Shown here one piece after another: positions 62,323 to 64,000 of a stretch of 64,000 nucleotides of DNA. The notes beneath the pieces were generated by a model. The model saw only the letters and a list, made by a program, of their open reading frames with translations, searched no databases and had not been told where the DNA came from. A program made the translations under genes and the position numbers. How positions within the stretch are numbered: the stretch's first letter is position 1; each line of letters opens with the position of its first letter. The DNA is from Octopus sinensis (taxonomy: Eukaryota). The DNA lies in the NCBI RefSeq assembly GCF_006345805.1, contig NC_043000.1:6634001-6698000 (forward strand). The letters run 5' to 3'.

Positions 62323-62380
62323 CTCGAAATCTGAGTTCGTTGTCAGGCTCTAAGATTAGGACCTGCAAATTCTTAGCCAT
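62323..62380 (-). CDS. VAP: VAP (VAMP-associated protein A/B family) coding exon 1
   Basis: Minus strand reads ATG GCT AAG AAT TTG CAG GTC CTA ATC TTA GAG CCT GAC AAC GAA CTC AGA TTT CGA G|gtaaga = MAKNLQVLILEPDNELRFR plus a phase-1 G. It resembles the N-terminus of VAPB ([20 protein letters not shown]). 58 coding nt, canonical donor. Confidence 0.93.
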
Positions 62381-62599
62381 TCTTTCAGCACAAGAAATTT
62401 GATTTTGGTTATCTCCCACGTTTTACATCAAAAGGGAACGTGATTCTTTATCGGCTACGCATGCGCAGTCCATCGCTTTCACAACGAGGCTACTCAATTC
62501 TTCCAGCATTTCATTTATTACGCGATTTATTAATACACTTGGCTAAGGGAGATAACAGTGACGGTCGAAAGGTTGAGTAACGTCCCTTTACATAAACTT
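62381..62599 (-). promoter_or_regulatory. VAP 5' UTR / proximal promoter with NRF1-like motif
   Basis: CpG-retaining stretch directly upstream of the ATG. ACTGCGCATGCGTA on the minus strand (62456-62469) is one mismatch from the NRF1/ewg/P3A2 palindrome TGCGCATGCGCA, typical of housekeeping promoters. The TSS is not determinable. Confidence 0.55.
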
Positions 62600-63087
62600 A
62601 GATATGTTTCGACCAAAGATTGGTCCAGGCCATGTCTAACTTAATAGCACCACCTGATAGGATTATTTGAATCCTGTTTAAGTCAAGTTTTGTTTATGGT
62701 CCATTCAAGTAGTGAGTTTTTTAGATATGTTTCGACCAAAGATTGGTCCAGGCCATGTCTAACTTAATAGCACCACCTGATAGGATTATTTGAATCCTGT
62801 TTAAGTCAAGTTTTGTTTATGGTCCATTCAAGTAGTGAGTTTTTTAGATATGTTTCGACCAAAGATTGGTCCAGGCCATGTCTAACTTAATAGCACCACC
62901 TGATAGGATTATTTGAATCCTGTTTAAGTCAAGTTTTGTTTATGGTCATTCAAGTAGTGAGTTTTTTAGATATGTTTCGACCAAAGATGGTCCAGGCCAT
63001 GTCTAACTAATAGCACCACCTGATAGAATTATTTGAATCCTGTTTAAGTCAAGTTTTGTTTATGGTCCATTCAAGTAGTGAGTTTTT
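62600..63087 (-). repeat. Four tandem ~123-bp units = reiterated 3' end of the adjacent LINE
   Basis: Units start at 62600, 62723, 62846 and 62968. The first two are identical; later ones carry a few 1-nt deletions and substitutions. On the minus strand each unit begins with the LINE's final codons (KNSLLEWTINKT*). Confidence 0.93.
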
Positions 63088-63770
63088 GTTGGGTGAGTTG
63101 TATCCAATTATGGGTGGCTTATCTGGTATTCATTGAAGGAATCTATCCAGACTCCGTTTAAAGTTGATGGGATCCTGTTCCTCTTTGATCTCTTTCGGGA
63201 CAATGTTAAATAGGGCAGGGCCTGTTGAGGAAAAGAAATTATATAAGCATTCGTAAAGCGATTATTCATTTGTTTCTTTATTTATTTTTCTTAGATCTTT
63301 CATTTGAAAGCTATAATGGGAAGATGGTGGGCCCCGACGAAAAAGAATATCACAAATAAGAAAGAATTGGAAGATCATTTTGATGATCTCAACTTCTCAT
63401 AATCTAATCGATACAGTGATACAGTGGTGTCAATTACACGACCGAGTGTAGAGCCACGGTATACTTGTTCAACGGATCAACTTGATGTTATGGATTCTTC
63501 TGAGTATTTCTGCAACTCTGTCTCCAAGGACGGGTCCTTAGATTCCGAGATCAACTTCTATTGTATGCAGGACACTGGAGAAACGAATTTCATCAGATAG
63601 AGAATTGTAATGTGAACCCCTGCTATACTCATACTCATCCGAGATATGGACCCCTATATCAACAACACGTGAAAATACTTGACAGATTTCCCCAAAAGTT
63701 CTGAGACAGACATAGCCAAATGTGGCTTGCAGGACTTTTGATTGACACACCTAACATAAAATATCTTGAA
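63088..63770 (-). pseudogene. CR1-group LINE ORF2 C-terminal remnant
   Basis: NFFSSTGPALFNIVPKEIKEEQDPINFKRSLDRFLQ*IPDKPPIIGY matches the GPxLFNxLPxEI...FKxxLDxFLxxIPDxP terminus. DLGI motif near 63540. Confidence 0.75.
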
Positions 63771-63789
63771 CTGTATTTGTAGAGTAGCC

Positions 63790-64000
63790 CACTTATCGAT
63801 GAGCCATGCCTTGTGCAGCCCACTTCTCAAAATAAGTTATCCATAACTGGTTTTAAAAGTACATAAAAACATCAGCTGCAGATCCGTTACACCTGACACA
63901 AAAGTGCTGGAATAAGCAAGCTTTCTCAATGTAGAAGCTCATCTTATCAAATATCATATACGAAGGGTTGGTCACGTCATCTGACTTGGGGGTGTTAGGC
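63790..64000 (+). pseudogene. Degenerate RTE C-terminal fragment
   Basis: TKVLE*ASFLNVEAHLIKYHIRRVGHVI resembles EVLxRA...IEAxLxxxQLRWxGHV. Confidence 0.55.

Noticed and set aside
62600-63087. Hammerhead ribozyme / retrozyme reading of the 123-bp unit (minus strand CUG-GACCAA-UCU-UUGGUC-GAAAC)
   Set aside because: A stem II plus GAAAC is present, but the CUGANGA core is incomplete and no stem I/III with a UH cleavage site can be built. It is better explained as a LINE 3' stem-loop; an Infernal search with hammerhead models would settle it.

Overview
Eukaryotic, AT-rich, repeat-dense genomic DNA. The tRNA-derived SINEs with RTE-type (GAT)n tails and the (TA)n/(CA)n microsatellites resemble coleoid cephalopod (Octopus-like) DNA; this is inferred from recalled repeat families, with no search run. 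The six-frame ORF track misses the one host gene, a minus-strand VAP (VAMP-associated protein, VAPA/VAPB/Vap33 family). Exon 1 CDS (62323-62380), exon 2 (3173-3325) and exon 3 (2921-3027) splice in frame through GT-AG sites into residues 1-106 of the MSP domain. Almost the whole window is therefore a single ~59-kb first intron. That intron holds: a young 5'-truncated RTE LINE (open ~3-kb EN-RT frame, PHD-type zinc finger inside the RT, hierarchical tandem-repeat 3' UTR); a full-length dead mariner; an internally deleted Chapaev3-type element with TAA duplication; Helitron, hAT, piggyBac-type and pogo remnants; many SINEs and old LINE fragments. Best leads: a near-consensus recursive-splice-site motif (YAG|GTAAGT) at 51447/51448, a candidate 6-nt microexon, a candidate poison exon, an 84-nt near-perfect hairpin, and a fourfold reiterated LINE 3' end at the VAP promoter. 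All of these are sequence-only hypotheses. Boundaries of degenerate repeats are approximate.
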